32,000 bases of DNA from contig NC_008789.1 of assembly GCF_000015585.1 (NCBI RefSeq), positions 1,920,001 to 1,952,000 on the forward strand, in the 5' to 3' direction. Under the pieces are notes generated by a model. The model had not been told where the DNA came from, searched no databases, and worked only from the letters and a program-made list of their open reading frames with translations. The translations under genes and the position numbers were made by a program. This stretch comes from Halorhodospira halophila SL1 (lineage in GTDB: Bacteria > Pseudomonadota > Gammaproteobacteria > Nitrococcales > Halorhodospiraceae). This document shows, in pieces, positions 1-9,766 of this stretch (positions are counted from its first letter, which is position 1; every line of letters begins with the position of its first letter).

Positions 1-2330
1 TCAATGGCGTCGTAGATGACACTGTAGTAGTGCAGGTCGACCCCATGCTCCTGGACCATGCGCTTGGCCGCGGCGTCGGCTCGGACGTTGAACCCGATCA
101 TGATCGCCTCAGAGGCCAGCGCCAGGTTGACGTCGGACTCGGTGATGGCGCCAACACCGGAGGAGACCACGCGCACCCGCACCTCCTCGTGAGAGAGGTC
201 TTCCAGCGACTGTCGCAGCGCCTCTGCGGAGCCGTGGACATCGGCCTTGACCAGCAGGTTGATGGTGGAGACCTCATCCTCCTTCATCTGCGAGAAGAGG
301 TTCTCCATCCGGGCGGCCTGCTGCTGCGCCAGACGCTTCTCGCGCTGACGCTCGGAGCGGCTCTCGGCCACTTCGCGCGCCTTGCGCTCGTCCTCGACGA
401 CCATGATGTCGTCACCGGCATCCGGCAGGCCGGAGAGGCCCAAAACCTCCACCGGGGTCGACGGACCGGCTTCGTTAACGCGCTTGCCGTGCTCATCGAC
501 CAAGGCGCGTACGCGACCGAACTCGGTGCCGGAGATGACCGTGTCGCCGCGATGCAGGTAACCGTTCTGCACCAGCACCGTGGCCACCGGGCCACGGCCC
601 TTGTCCAGGCTCGACTCCAGCACGACCCCGCGCGCCGGGCAATCCTTGACGGCCTTCAGCTCCTGGAGCTCGGCCTGCAGGACAATGGCCTCGATCAGCT
701 CGTCCATGCCTTCACCGGTCATGGCCGAGACGTGGACGAACTGGACGTCGCCACCCCACTCCTCCGGGATGACCTCCATCTGCGAGAGTTCCTGCTTGAC
801 GCGGTTGGGGTCCGCGTCCTCCTTGTCCATCTTGTTCACCGCCACGACGATCGGGACCTCGGCGGCGCGGGCGTGCTCGACCGCCTCCTTGGTCTGCGGC
901 ATGACACCGTCGTCGGCGGCCACCACCAGCACGACGATGTCGGTCATCTGCGCGCCCCGGGCCCGCATGGCCGTGAAGGCCTGGTGACCGGGCGTATCGA
1001 GGAAGGTCGCGCTGCCGTTCTCCCCCTCGACGCGATAAGCGCCGATGTGCTGCGTGATGCCGCCGGCCTCGCCCGAAGCCACCTTGGCGCGGCGGATGTA
1101 GTCGAGCAGCGAAGTCTTGCCGTGGTCGACGTGGCCCATGACGGTCACCACCGGCGCACGGCCGATCTGCTCGCCCTCGGGCTGTTCGCCCTGACGCAGC
1201 AGCTCCTCCTCGACATCATCATCGCGCTGGAGCTTGGGCTTGTGACCCATCTCCTCGACGAGGATCGCGGCGGTCTCCTGGTCGATGGCCTGGTTGATCG
1301 TGGCCATCACGCCCTGTTTCATCATCTCCTTGATCAGGGCGGCAGCCTTGACGCTCATGCGGTCGGCGAGTTCCGCCACAGTGATCGTCTCGGGGATCTC
1401 GACCTCACGGACCACCGGCGCCGTCGGCCGCTCAAACTCCTGCTGCAGCTGCTTGGCCGCGGTACCGCCCCCGCGCTTCTTGCCACCACGCCGGGCGCCC
1501 GCGCCTCGGCCACCAGCAGGCTGCTCTGCCTTCTTCTTCTTCGGCTTGGCCTCCTGCTTGCGCTGGGCACGCTCCTCGGCTTCGCGCTCACGCTTGGCTT
1601 CGAGCTCGGCACGCTTGCGTTCGCGCTCCTCTTCACGCTTCTTGGCTTCGTCCTGCTGGCTCTTGGGCTTCTCCTTGAGCGCCTCGGCCTGGGCGCGAGC
1701 GGTCTCATCGGCAGCCGTCTCCTCCGGCTCCGCGGCCTGCACTTCGACGCCGGACTCCTCGACGGCCTCCGCGTCCGCGGCGCTCGGCTCGGCCTCCTCG
1801 GCCGGCGCAGCCTCTTCGCTCGGCGCCTGCTCGGCCTCGTCCCCGCCGGTTACGGCCGTATCGCCGGCGCGCTGGGCCTCGGCGGCATCCTCTTCCCGCT
1901 TGGCCTCTTCCTGCTCCAGGGCGCGCTCGAGCTGTGCGGCGGCCTCTTCGGCCTCTTCCTGCTTGCGCTTTTCCTCGGCCTCGATGTCGCTGCGCTTGAC
2001 GTAGGTACGCCGCTTGCGGACCTCGACATTGACGGTCCGCGTCTGCCGTGGGCCGCGGCTCCCCGCATCGCGACCGGCCGGCATCTTCAGCTGACTGTGG
2101 CTGCGCCGCTTAAGGGTGATCTTCTTGGGAGACCCGTCAGACCCCCCCCCTTCCTCTTCTTGCTCAGGACTGCCCTGCCGCAGGTGCGCAAGCAGCGTCG
2201 CCTTGTCCTCCGCCGAGAGCGCTGCACCGTCGTCGCGCCGACCGAGCCCCGCCGCCTCCAGCTGTGCCTGGAGCCGCTCCACGGGGATCCCTACCGTCTG
2301 CGCAAATTCTTTAACCGTCGTTTCCGCCAT
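1..2330 (-). CDS. infB: translation initiation factor IF-2, 3'-truncated by the window edge (about 776 N-terminal codons present)
   Basis: Absent from the ORF track because it has no stop in the window. My reverse-complement translation from the ATG at 2330-2328 gives [29 protein letters not shown]..., then a long E/K/A/R-rich linker. GTPase motifs follow ([23 protein letters not shown]). At the window edge it reads [16 protein letters not shown], typical of the IF-2 C-terminal domain. SD GGAGAG lies about 7 nt upstream, and the gene follows nusA as in the conserved operon. Confidence 0.95.
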   Translation of the reverse strand, partial: MAETTVKEFAQTVGIPVERLQAQLEAAGLGRRDDGAALSAEDKATLLAHLRQGSPEQEEEGGGSDGSPKKITLKRRSHSQLKMPAGRDAGSRGPRQTRTVNVEVRKRRTYVKRSDIEAEEKRKQEEAEEAAAQLERALEQEEAKREEDAAEAQRAGDTAVTGGDEAEQAPSEEAAPAEEAEPSAADAEAVEESGVEVQAAEPEETAADETARAQAEALKEKPKSQQDEAKKREEERERKRAELEAKREREAEERAQRKQEAKPKKKKAEQPAGGRGAGARRGGKKRGGGTAAKQLQQEFERPTAPVVREVEIPETITVAELADRMSVKAAALIKEMMKQGVMATINQAIDQETAAILVEEMGHKPKLQRDDDVEEELLRQGEQPEGEQIGRAPVVTVMGHVDHGKTSLLDYIRRAKVASGEAGGITQHIGAYRVEGENGSATFLDTPGHQAFTAMRARGAQMTDIVVLVVAADDGVMPQTKEAVEHARAAEVPIVVAVNKMDKEDADPNRVKQELSQMEVIPEEWGGDVQFVHVSAMTGEGMDELIEAIVLQAELQELKAVKDCPARGVVLESSLDKGRGPVATVLVQNGYLHRGDTVISGTEFGRVRALVDEHGKRVNEAGPSTPVEVLGLSGLPDAGDDIMVVEDERKAREVAESRSERQREKRLAQQQAARMENLFSQMKEDEVSTINLLVKADVHGSAEALRQSLEDLSHEEVRVRVVSSGVGAITESDVNLALASEAIMIGFNVRADAAAKRMVQEHGVDLHYYSVIYDAI

Positions 2331-2384
2331 ATAACACTCTCCGGACGCGGCCCAAGTCAGAGACCTCGTCGTGACCCCTCTTTA

Positions 2385-3890
2385 TCAGTCGGCGCGCTCG
2401 CCGCCCTCACTGGCTGCGAACCACGGCTCGCGGGCCTTCATGATCAGCTGTCCGGCCCGATCCTCGTCCATGCCTTCGACCTCCATCAGGTCGTCCACGG
2501 ACTGATCGGCCAGGTCCTCGACCGTGGCGACACCGCGCTCGGCCAGGGCTTTCGCCGTCTGCTCATCCATCCCCTCAAGGGCCAGCAGCTCCTCGCTGGG
2601 CTGGTTCTCGTTGGCCTCCTCGGCAATCGCCTGGGCCAGGAGCACATCCCGGGCGCGACTGCGCAGGGCCTCGACGATGTCCTCGTCGAACTCCTCGATC
2701 TCCAGCAGCTCGGCGGTGGGCACGTAGGCCACCTCCTCGATGCTGGAAAAGCCTTCCTGGACCAGCACGCCGGCAACATCTTCATCGACGTCGAGGTGCT
2801 CGACGAACAACTGCACCAGCTCACCGGCTTCGCGCTCGCTCTTCGCCTCGGCCTCCTCGGCCGTCATCACGTTGAGTTCCCAGCCGGTGAGCTCGCTGGC
2901 CAGCCGCACGTTCTGCCCACCACGACCGATCGCCTGGGAGAGTTGCTCCTCGGCGACGGCGACATCCATGGCACCGCGGTCCTCATCGACCACGATGGAC
3001 TCGACCTCGGCCGGCGCCAACGCGTTGATGACAAACTGAGCCGGGTTCTCATCCCAGGGGATAATATCGATCCGCTCGCCGCTGAGCTCGTTGGAGACTG
3101 CCTGCACGCGCGAGCCGCGCATACCCACGCAGGCCCCGACCGGATCGATGCGCGGATCCAGAGCCCGCACCGAGATCTTGGCGCGCATCCCCGGATCGCG
3201 GGCGGCGCCCAGGATCTCGATCAACCCCTGGCCGACTTCGGGCACCTCGATCTTGAAGAGCTCGACCAGAAACTCATTGGCCGTGCGGCTGACGAACAGT
3301 TGCGGCCCCCGCGGCTCTGAGCGGACGTCACGCAGGTAGCCGCGAATACGGTCGTTGGGTCGCACAGCCTCCCGCGGGATCAGATCTTCGCGGGAGACTA
3401 GAGCCTCGGTGTTCTCGCCCAGATCGATGATGGCGCTACCGCGCTCCATACGCTTGACCGAGCCGTTGACCAACTCGCCGATACGGTGCTGGTAAGCGTC
3501 AACGATCTGCGCCCGCTCGGCCTCGCGCACCTTCTGCACGATGACCTGCTTGGCAGTCTGCGCGGCGATGCGGCCGAAGTCGACCGATTCGATGGGCTCC
3601 TCGACATACCCGCCCACTTCGGCGTTCTCATCACGCTCCCGGGCACGCTCCAGGCTGATCTGGCGCTGCGGCTCCTCCACCGACTCTTCGTCGGGGACCA
3701 CCTCCCAGCGCCGATAGGTGGCGTAATCGCCACTCTGCCGATCGACCGCAACGCGGGCGTCGATGTCCTCCAGATGGCGCTTGCGCGTGGCCGAGGCCAG
3801 GGCCGCCTCAATGGCCTCGAAGATCACCTCCCGGTCCACACCCTTCTCATTGGAGGTGGCCTCCACGACCAACAGGATTTCTTTACTCAT
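2385..3890 (-). CDS. nusA: transcription termination/antitermination factor NusA
   Basis: 501-aa ORF with N-terminus [32 protein letters not shown]1/KH core motifs are present ([49 protein letters not shown]). The acidic C-terminal repeats are typical of gammaproteobacterial NusA. ATG is preceded by GGAGG. Confidence 0.97.
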   Translation of the reverse strand: MSKEILLVVEATSNEKGVDREVIFEAIEAALASATRKRHLEDIDARVAVDRQSGDYATYRRWEVVPDEESVEEPQRQISLERARERDENAEVGGYVEEPIESVDFGRIAAQTAKQVIVQKVREAERAQIVDAYQHRIGELVNGSVKRMERGSAIIDLGENTEALVSREDLIPREAVRPNDRIRGYLRDVRSEPRGPQLFVSRTANEFLVELFKIEVPEVGQGLIEILGAARDPGMRAKISVRALDPRIDPVGACVGMRGSRVQAVSNELSGERIDIIPWDENPAQFVINALAPAEVESIVVDEDRGAMDVAVAEEQLSQAIGRGGQNVRLASELTGWELNVMTAEEAEAKSEREAGELVQLFVEHLDVDEDVAGVLVQEGFSSIEEVAYVPTAELLEIEEFDEDIVEALRSRARDVLLAQAIAEEANENQPSEELLALEGMDEQTAKALAERGVATVEDLADQSVDDLMEVEGMDEDRAGQLIMKAREPWFAASEGGERAD

Positions 3891-3927
3891 GCCTCCGACT
3901 CCGCTGTTCTGCTGCGGCCGACGCCCT

Positions 3928-4383
3928 TCACGGCTCGAGATCCAGCCGCGCCCGGTCGATCAGCTCCAGGGGGATGCGCAGCTCGACCCCGTCGACATCG
4001 CGCACCCGCACGAATTCACCATCCAGTCCCAGCAGGACGCCCTTGACCCGGCGACGCCCCTCGTAGAGCTCCAGCAGGCGCAGCTTGATCCGCTCGCCGC
4101 TGAAGCGGTCGTAATCTGCCGACTTGAAGATCGGCCGGTCCAGCCCCGGCGAAGAGACCTCCAGGTTGTAGGCCCCCTCGATCGGGTCCTCGACGTCCAG
4201 CAACCCGCTGACCTGGTGGCTGACCGCTTCGCAATCCTCCAGGCGAATGCCCGCAGGCGTATCGATATAGACCCGCAGCGTGCGATTGCCCTTGGCCCCG
4301 GTCAGCTCGACACCGACCAGCTCGTAGCCCAGCCCGGTGACCGTCGGCTCTAGTAACGAGTGAAGCGTCTGGATCTGTGACAT
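3928..4383 (-). CDS. rimP: ribosome maturation factor RimP
   Basis: The ORF-track entry 3928..4512 is over-extended. The internal ATG at 4383 gives [27 protein letters not shown]...[21 protein letters not shown], collinear with E. coli RimP from residue 1 (151 aa). The extension overlaps terminator hairpins. The SD is weak (GGTG). Confidence 0.9.
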   Translation of the reverse strand: MSQIQTLHSLLEPTVTGLGYELVGVELTGAKGNRTLRVYIDTPAGIRLEDCEAVSHQVSGLLDVEDPIEGAYNLEVSSPGLDRPIFKSADYDRFSGERIKLRLLELYEGRRRVKGVLLGLDGEFVRVRDVDGVELRIPLELIDRARLDLEP

Positions 4384-4392
4384 CCGGCACCA

Positions 4393-4419
4393 CAAACAAA
4401 AAGAGGGCCCAAGGCCCTC
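4393..4419 (-). terminator. intrinsic terminator-like hairpin immediately upstream of rimP (candidate attenuator)
   Basis: The minus strand reads GAGGGCC-TTG-GGCCCTC followed by TTTTTGTTTGT. This is a 7-bp GC stem with a 3-nt loop, and the U-tract ends about 8 nt before the rimP ATG. Confidence 0.65.
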
Positions 4420-4503
4420 CCCCGAGTCCGCCCGTCGGCGAACCGACGGCGGGCGTATCCAAAGAGCCTGCGAGCCCAACCGCCCTCGCAGCTTCAGCGA
4501 GCG

Positions 4504-4509
4504 ATTATA
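4504..4509 (-). promoter_or_regulatory. candidate internal -10 box (TATAAT) for rimP-nusA-infB
   Basis: A perfect TATAAT sits on the minus strand between the two leader terminators. The -35 region is only T-rich (TTTTTT/TTTTTG). The position is analogous to the internal promoter of the E. coli metY-nusA-infB operon. Confidence 0.3.
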
Positions 4510-4577
4510 CACACGCGCCCGGGGACAAAAAAGCGCGCCCCGCCGTAGGACCAGCAGCGCCTGCCACTCAGGCGCGC

Positions 4578-4602
4578 ATAAAAAAGGCGGCCAGCGGCCG
4601 CC
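4578..4602 (-). terminator. intrinsic terminator directly downstream of tRNA-fMet
   Basis: The minus strand reads GGCGGCC-GCT-GGCCGCC followed by TTTTTTAT. This is a perfect 7-bp GC stem with a 3-nt loop, starting about 10 nt after the tRNA CCA end. Confidence 0.75.
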
Positions 4603-4612
4603 TTCTCGGTGT

Positions 4613-4689
<77 letters not shown>

Positions 4690-4702
4690 ACTGTTAAAGG
4701 GG

Positions 4703-4731
4703 ATTATACGGGGACCCTATGCAAACATCAA
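4703..4731 (-). promoter_or_regulatory. sigma70-type promoter candidate for tRNA-fMet
   Basis: The minus strand carries TTGATG (4731-4726), a 17-nt spacer and TATAAT (4708-4703). A GC-rich discriminator (CCCC) follows. The predicted start is only a few nt upstream of the mature tRNA 5' end. Confidence 0.55.
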
Positions 4732-4761
4732 GCCGCTGCGCCCCCACTCCTCCCCGGCCCC

Positions 4762-6216
4762 CTAAAGGCCCAAAGCCGCCTGGCACAGCGCGATCAGGCG
4801 CTCCGGGAAGATCCCCAGCACCAGGACCGCGACGCCGTTGACCACCACGAGGCTGCGGATCGCCGAGGAGGCGCCGGGAGCCGGCAGCGTATCCGCATCC
4901 ACCTCGGCCTCCGGGCGGTCGAAGTAGACGACCTTGAGAACCCGCAGGTAGTAGAAGGCGCCCACCACGGCCGCCACCACGGCAAAGATCGCCAGCGGGA
5001 TATGGCCCGCCTCGACGGCGGCCTGGAGGACCAGGTATTTCGCGTAGAAGCCCACGGTACCGGGGATGCCCGTCATCGACACCAGCACCAGCAACAGCAC
5101 GCCGGCGTAGACCGGGTGGCGCTCATTGAGCCCGCGCAGATCGGCAATCTCCTCGGCCTCGAAACCGGAGCGCGCCAACACCGTAATCATCCCGAAGGCG
5201 CCGGCCGCCATGATGCTGTAGGCGATTGTGTAGAACAGGGCCGCCGCATGACCGGCATCCGTCCCGGCCGTGAACCCAACCATGATGAAGCCGGCGTGGG
5301 CGATGGCCGAATAGGCCAGCATGCGCTTGAAGTTGGTCTGCACGATGGCGATCAGGTTGCCAACCAACAGCGAGGCGACGGCCAGGATCATCAGCATCGG
5401 CTCGAGCTGCTCGTGCATCGGCCCCAGCCCGTCAACGAGCAGGCGCATGAACAGCGCCACCGCCGCAACCTTGGGCGCGGTGCTCAGGAACAGCGTCACC
5501 GGCGTCGGGGCGCCCTGATAGACGTCCGGCACCCAGGCGTGGAACGGCGCGGCCCCGAGCTTGAAGGCCACGCCCACCAGCATGAACACCACGCCGAAGA
5601 GCAACATCAGCGGATCGGAGTGACGGCCGGCCACCTCGGCGATCACCGACAGCTCCAGGCTCGCCGTGGCGCCGTAGACCATCGACATGCCGTAGAGCAG
5701 GATCCCCGAGGCCAGCGAACCGAGGACGAAATATTTCATCGCCGCCTCGGCCGCCTGGCGCGAATCACGGTGGTAGGCCACCAGCGCGTAGAGCGCCAGC
5801 GACAGCAGCTCCAGGCCGAGGTAAAGGCTCAGCAGACTCCCCCCGGAGGCGATCACCAGCATGCCCAGGTTGGCGAACAGCGCCAGCAGGTAGAACTCCC
5901 CCTGGAGCAGGCCGCGGTCCCCCAGGTAGGGCCGCGTATAGGCCAGGGCGAGCACCGACAAGAGCGCTACGGAGGCCTTCACCACGGCACCCAGCGAATC
6001 GGCCATGTAGTGGCCCGAGAAGGTCACCTCGTTCACGCCCCACTGGGTACTCAGGGCCAGCACTGCGGTGACCAGCAGCGCTCCCTGGGTCAGGTAAAAG
6101 GTCGCGCTACGCCGGGGATCGCTGGAGAAGAGGTCCACCACCAGCACACCGCAGGTGGCCGCCAGCAACCAGATTTCCGGCAGCGCCAGGGAGAAATCGG
6201 GCGTCTCGAAGCTCAT
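4762..6216 (-). CDS. nuoN: NADH-quinone oxidoreductase subunit N
   Basis: 484-aa polytopic membrane ORF and the last gene of the nuo cluster. It has the ND2/NuoN-like antiporter fold pattern (LALFANLGMLVIASGGSLLSLYLGLELLSL, AAPFHAWVPDVYQGAPTPV). SD is GGAGAGG. Confidence 0.95.
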   Translation of the reverse strand: MSFETPDFSLALPEIWLLAATCGVLVVDLFSSDPRRSATFYLTQGALLVTAVLALSTQWGVNEVTFSGHYMADSLGAVVKASVALLSVLALAYTRPYLGDRGLLQGEFYLLALFANLGMLVIASGGSLLSLYLGLELLSLALYALVAYHRDSRQAAEAAMKYFVLGSLASGILLYGMSMVYGATASLELSVIAEVAGRHSDPLMLLFGVVFMLVGVAFKLGAAPFHAWVPDVYQGAPTPVTLFLSTAPKVAAVALFMRLLVDGLGPMHEQLEPMLMILAVASLLVGNLIAIVQTNFKRMLAYSAIAHAGFIMVGFTAGTDAGHAAALFYTIAYSIMAAGAFGMITVLARSGFEAEEIADLRGLNERHPVYAGVLLLVLVSMTGIPGTVGFYAKYLVLQAAVEAGHIPLAIFAVVAAVVGAFYYLRVLKVVYFDRPEAEVDADTLPAPGASSAIRSLVVVNGVAVLVLGIFPERLIALCQAALGL

Positions 6217-6229
6217 TGCCTCTCCTTCC

Positions 6230-7747
6230 TTACCGGGCAGCCGGGAGCGCTGCAGAGACGTCGTTCAACAACTCGACCAGGGTCGGCTCCGCCACGGCGA
6301 CCAGCGCCTGCGGGTAGACGCCGACACCGATCACCAGCACCGCGAGCACGCCAAGCAGCAGGAACTCGCGCCGGTCGAGGTCGTTCAGAGCCGCCACCCG
6401 CTCATTGGCCACCGGCCCGAACACCACCCGCTTGACCAGCCACAGCGAGTAGGCAGCCCCCACGATCAGGGTCAGACCAGCGATGGCGGCGTACCAGAAA
6501 CTGGCCTGGTAGCTGCCGAGGATGACCAGGAACTCGCCGACAAAGCCCGACGTCCCCGGGAGGCCCGCGTTGGCCATGGCAAAGACCACGAACAGGGCGC
6601 CGAAGATCGGCATGCGGTTGATCACCCCGCCGTAGTCGGCAATATTCCGGGTGTGCATCCGGTCGTAGAGCACCCCGACGCAGAGGAACAGCGCCGCCGA
6701 GATGAAACCGTGGGAGATGAGCTGGACGTAGCCGCCGGTCATCGCCATCAGCGCACCGTCCCCTGCCTCGGCACCCAACCCGGCCTGGAAGATCACGAAG
6801 AACCCAAGGGTGGCGAAGCCCATGTGGGCGATCGACGAGTAGGCGATCAGCCGCTTCATGTCTTCCTGCACCATCGCCACCAGACCGATGTAGACGATGG
6901 CGATCAGCGACATGGCAATGACCAGCCAGGCCAGCTCCTGGCTCGCTTCCGGTGCGATGGGCAGCGCAAAGCGCAGGAACCCGTAGGCCCCCATCTTCAG
7001 GGTGATCGCCGCCAGGATCACCGAACCCCCGGTCGGCGCCTCGGTGTGCGCGTCCGGCAGCCAGGTGTGCACCGGCCACATGGGCACCTTGACGGCGAAA
7101 GCCGCCAGCAGCGCCAGGAAGATCAGGATCTGCGCCTCCAGCCCGATGCTCAGGCCGTGGAAGTCGAGCACACCGAAGCTGCCCGCCTCCCAGCGCAGGT
7201 ACAGGAAGGCGATGAGCATCAGCACGGAGCCGAGGAAGGTGTAGAGGAAGAACTTGATGGTCGCGTAGATGCGGTTGGCGCCGCCCCACATGCCGATGAG
7301 CAGGAACATCGGCACCAGCATCGCCTCCCAGAAGACGTAGAAGAGGATGGCGTCCAGCGCGGCGAAGACGCCGATCATCAACCCTTCCATGACCAGGAAG
7401 GCGCCCATGTACTGCGCCGGCCGGTAGGTGATGCCGCTGCGTCCGGCGATCACCACCAGCAGCGTTGCAAAGGCGGTCAGCACCACCAGCGGCATCGAGA
7501 TCCCGTCCACACCGAGGTGGTAATGGATGTCGAAGGTCGGCACCCAGTCGCGCTTCTCCACGAACTGCATGCCGCCCCCGGGCTCGAAGGCGAACCAGAG
7601 GACCAGGCTGAACAGGAATGTCAGCCCCGCCACACCGGTGGCCAATTCCCGGACCGCCACCTCCGAGCGCCGGCCCACCGCCAGCACCGCGGCACCGCCG
7701 AGGATCGGCAGCCAGATAATCAGGCTAAGCAACCAACCGTCGAACAT
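6230..7747 (-). CDS. nuoM: NADH-quinone oxidoreductase subunit M
   Basis: 505-aa ND4/NuoM-like ORF (WLPILGG, FAVKVPMWPVHTWLPDAHTEAPTGGSVILA, AYSSIAHMGF). It occupies the expected position between nuoL and nuoN. Confidence 0.96.
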   Translation of the reverse strand: MFDGWLLSLIIWLPILGGAAVLAVGRRSEVAVRELATGVAGLTFLFSLVLWFAFEPGGGMQFVEKRDWVPTFDIHYHLGVDGISMPLVVLTAFATLLVVIAGRSGITYRPAQYMGAFLVMEGLMIGVFAALDAILFYVFWEAMLVPMFLLIGMWGGANRIYATIKFFLYTFLGSVLMLIAFLYLRWEAGSFGVLDFHGLSIGLEAQILIFLALLAAFAVKVPMWPVHTWLPDAHTEAPTGGSVILAAITLKMGAYGFLRFALPIAPEASQELAWLVIAMSLIAIVYIGLVAMVQEDMKRLIAYSSIAHMGFATLGFFVIFQAGLGAEAGDGALMAMTGGYVQLISHGFISAALFLCVGVLYDRMHTRNIADYGGVINRMPIFGALFVVFAMANAGLPGTSGFVGEFLVILGSYQASFWYAAIAGLTLIVGAAYSLWLVKRVVFGPVANERVAALNDLDRREFLLLGVLAVLVIGVGVYPQALVAVAEPTLVELLNDVSAALPAAR

Positions 7748-7792
7748 CCGTTCTTCCCCTGCGTTCTTGCGCGTCCGTCCCGAAGCCGCGCA

Positions 7793-9763
7793 CTAGGCGA
7801 ACAGCGTTCGCACAACGAAGAATGAGATCAGCAGCAGCACGCCGATGACCATGACGAAGGCGTAGTGGTACAGGTACCCGGTCTGCGAGTACCGCGCCCC
7901 GGCGGCGATACGACCGATCAAACGGGCCGTACCGTTGACCAGCAGCCCGTCGATCAGCCAGCGATCCCCGGCCTTCGACAGCAGGCCGGCGAACGCCCGA
8001 CCGCCATCCGTGAAGCCGCGGATATAGAGCCAGTCGAACCCGTACTTGTGCTCGAGCACCCGCTCCAGCGGCCGCAGGGGCGCCACCACCTGTGCCCGCA
8101 GGTCGGGGCGGCGCAGGTAGAGCAGCCAGGCGACGAAGACCCCGGCCAGCACCAGGTAGAGCACCGGTGTCACCAGCGCGTGGGCCATGAAGCCCAGCAC
8201 GCCGTTATATCCTTCGGCCAGGCGGTCCAGCCCGGTCTGTTCGGCGAGCACGCGGATCGAGCCATCGGCGTAGAAGAAATCGCCCATGACCATCGGCCCG
8301 AAGGTGAACAGGCCGATCAGCACCGAGGGCACAGCCAGCAACACCAGCGGTACGGTAACCACCAGTGGGCTCTCATGCAGATGCTTGCGGGCGTGCTCGT
8401 CCATGCGCTCCTCGCCGTGAAAGACCATGAACAGCAGCCGGAAACTGTAGAGCGCAGTGACGAAGACGCCGAGCACCAGCAACCAGTAGGCGAAGGTCGC
8501 CCAGCCCCCGGCGGAGTACCCCACGGCCTCGATGATGGCGTCCTTGGAGAAGAAACCGGAGAAGCCCGGGATGCCGATCAGCGCCAGGGTGCCGAGCAGC
8601 ATGGCGACATAGGTCACCGGCATGTACTTGGCCAGCCCCCCCATCTTGCGCATGTCCTGCTCGTGATGCAGGGCGATGATGACCGACCCGGCACCGAGGA
8701 AGAGCAGCGCCTTGAAGAAGGCGTGGGTGAACAGATGGAAGACACCGGCGGCGTAGGCCGAGACGCCCAAGGCGGCGACCATGTAGCCGAGTTGCGAGAG
8801 CGTCGAATAGGCGATGACCCGCTTGATGTCGTTCTGCACCAGGCCGATCAGCCCCATGAAGAAGGCCGTCAGCGCACCGACCACCAGGACCACGGTCAGC
8901 GCCACGGTGGACAGCTCGAAGACCGGCGACATGCGGGCGACCAGGAAGATGCCGGCGGTCACCATGGTGGCGGCGTGGATTAGGGCCGAGATGGGCGTCG
9001 GGCCCTCCATGGAGTCGGGCAGCCACACGTGGAGCGGGACCTGGGCCGACTTGCCCATGCAGCCGATGAAGATCAGCAGCGCGGCGACCGTCACCAGGCT
9101 CCACTCGGCGGCGCCGAAGAGGTTCAGCGTCCGGCCGGGATCGGCTTCCACCGCCGCGAAGATCTCGCCGTAGTGGAGCGTACCGAAGGCCCCGGCGAGC
9201 ACGGCGATCCCCAGCAGCAGCCCCAGGTCGCCCACACGATTAACCAGGAACGCCTTGAGGTTGGCGAAGATGGCGCTCTCGCGGGTGTACCAGAAGCCGA
9301 TCAGCAGGTACGAGACCAGGCCGACGGCCTCCCAGGCAAAGAACAGCTGCAGCAGGTTGTTCGCCATGACCAGCATCAGCATGGCGAAGGTGAACAGCGC
9401 GATGTAGCTGAAAAACCGCTGATAGCCTGGGTCGTCGTGCATGTAGCCGATGGTGTAGATATGAACCATCAGCGCGACAAAGGTCACGGTGGCCATCATC
9501 ACCGCGGTGAGCCGGTCGACCAGGAAGCCGATCTCGAAGCTCAGGTCGCCCACCGAGGCCCACGTGTAGACGGTGAAGTCCACCGGCTCCAGGTCGCCCC
9601 AGATCAGGCCGTAGAGCACCCAGAACGACAGGGCACAGGAGATGGCGACACCGAGAATGGTCACCCAGTGGGCGCCGGCACGGCCGACCCAGCCGCCGGC
9701 CAGGCCGGCGATGGCAGCCGCGGCCAGCGGGAAGAGGACGATGGCGTAGAGGACCGTCTCCAT
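7793..9763 (-). CDS. nuoL: NADH-quinone oxidoreductase subunit L
   Basis: 656-aa ND5/NuoL-like ORF (FFAWEAVGLVSYLLIGFWY, KSAQVPLHVWLPDSMEGPTPISALIHAATMVTAG) with a long C-terminal amphipathic/TM extension. Confidence 0.96.
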   Translation of the reverse strand: METVLYAIVLFPLAAAAIAGLAGGWVGRAGAHWVTILGVAISCALSFWVLYGLIWGDLEPVDFTVYTWASVGDLSFEIGFLVDRLTAVMMATVTFVALMVHIYTIGYMHDDPGYQRFFSYIALFTFAMLMLVMANNLLQLFFAWEAVGLVSYLLIGFWYTRESAIFANLKAFLVNRVGDLGLLLGIAVLAGAFGTLHYGEIFAAVEADPGRTLNLFGAAEWSLVTVAALLIFIGCMGKSAQVPLHVWLPDSMEGPTPISALIHAATMVTAGIFLVARMSPVFELSTVALTVVLVVGALTAFFMGLIGLVQNDIKRVIAYSTLSQLGYMVAALGVSAYAAGVFHLFTHAFFKALLFLGAGSVIIALHHEQDMRKMGGLAKYMPVTYVAMLLGTLALIGIPGFSGFFSKDAIIEAVGYSAGGWATFAYWLLVLGVFVTALYSFRLLFMVFHGEERMDEHARKHLHESPLVVTVPLVLLAVPSVLIGLFTFGPMVMGDFFYADGSIRVLAEQTGLDRLAEGYNGVLGFMAHALVTPVLYLVLAGVFVAWLLYLRRPDLRAQVVAPLRPLERVLEHKYGFDWLYIRGFTDGGRAFAGLLSKAGDRWLIDGLLVNGTARLIGRIAAGARYSQTGYLYHYAFVMVIGVLLLISFFVVRTLFA

Positions 9764-9766
9764 GGC

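Noticed and set aside
1285-2004. Overlapping alternative-frame ORFs inside the infB linker region (239 aa on the plus strand, and 117 aa and 72 aa on the minus strand), rich in S/A/R/P
   Set aside because: They arise from the repetitive GC-rich E/K/A/R-coding linker of IF-2, which stays open in several frames. They have no SD or independent signal.
30-3320. 1096-aa plus-strand ORF, the longest in the track
   Set aside because: It lies antisense to infB and nusA, both of which have unmistakable conserved motifs. Its translation is L/R/G/H/D-rich low complexity with no recognisable domain. This is a typical shadow ORF of high-GC DNA, where stop codons are rare on the antisense strand.
4384-4512. 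N-terminal extensions proposed by the longest-ORF track. They affect rimP to 4512, nuoJ to 10849, nuoE to 16997, nuoD to 17863, nuoA to 19378, greA to 27504 and carA to 31961.
   Set aside because: The extensions overlap upstream genes or terminator hairpins, are R/P/G-rich, and have no counterpart in homologs. Internal starts reproduce canonical N-termini and have SD sequences.
4526-4577. Possible third leader terminator: GCGCGCC ... GGCGCGC followed by TTTTTTG
   Set aside because: The two arms are separated by a 31-nt loop. The 5' arm is sequestered in a much more favourable local 7-bp hairpin (4557-4575). I could not draw a compact stem immediately preceding the T-run, so the T-run is more likely part of a weak -35/UP-like region for the TATAAT at 4504-4509.
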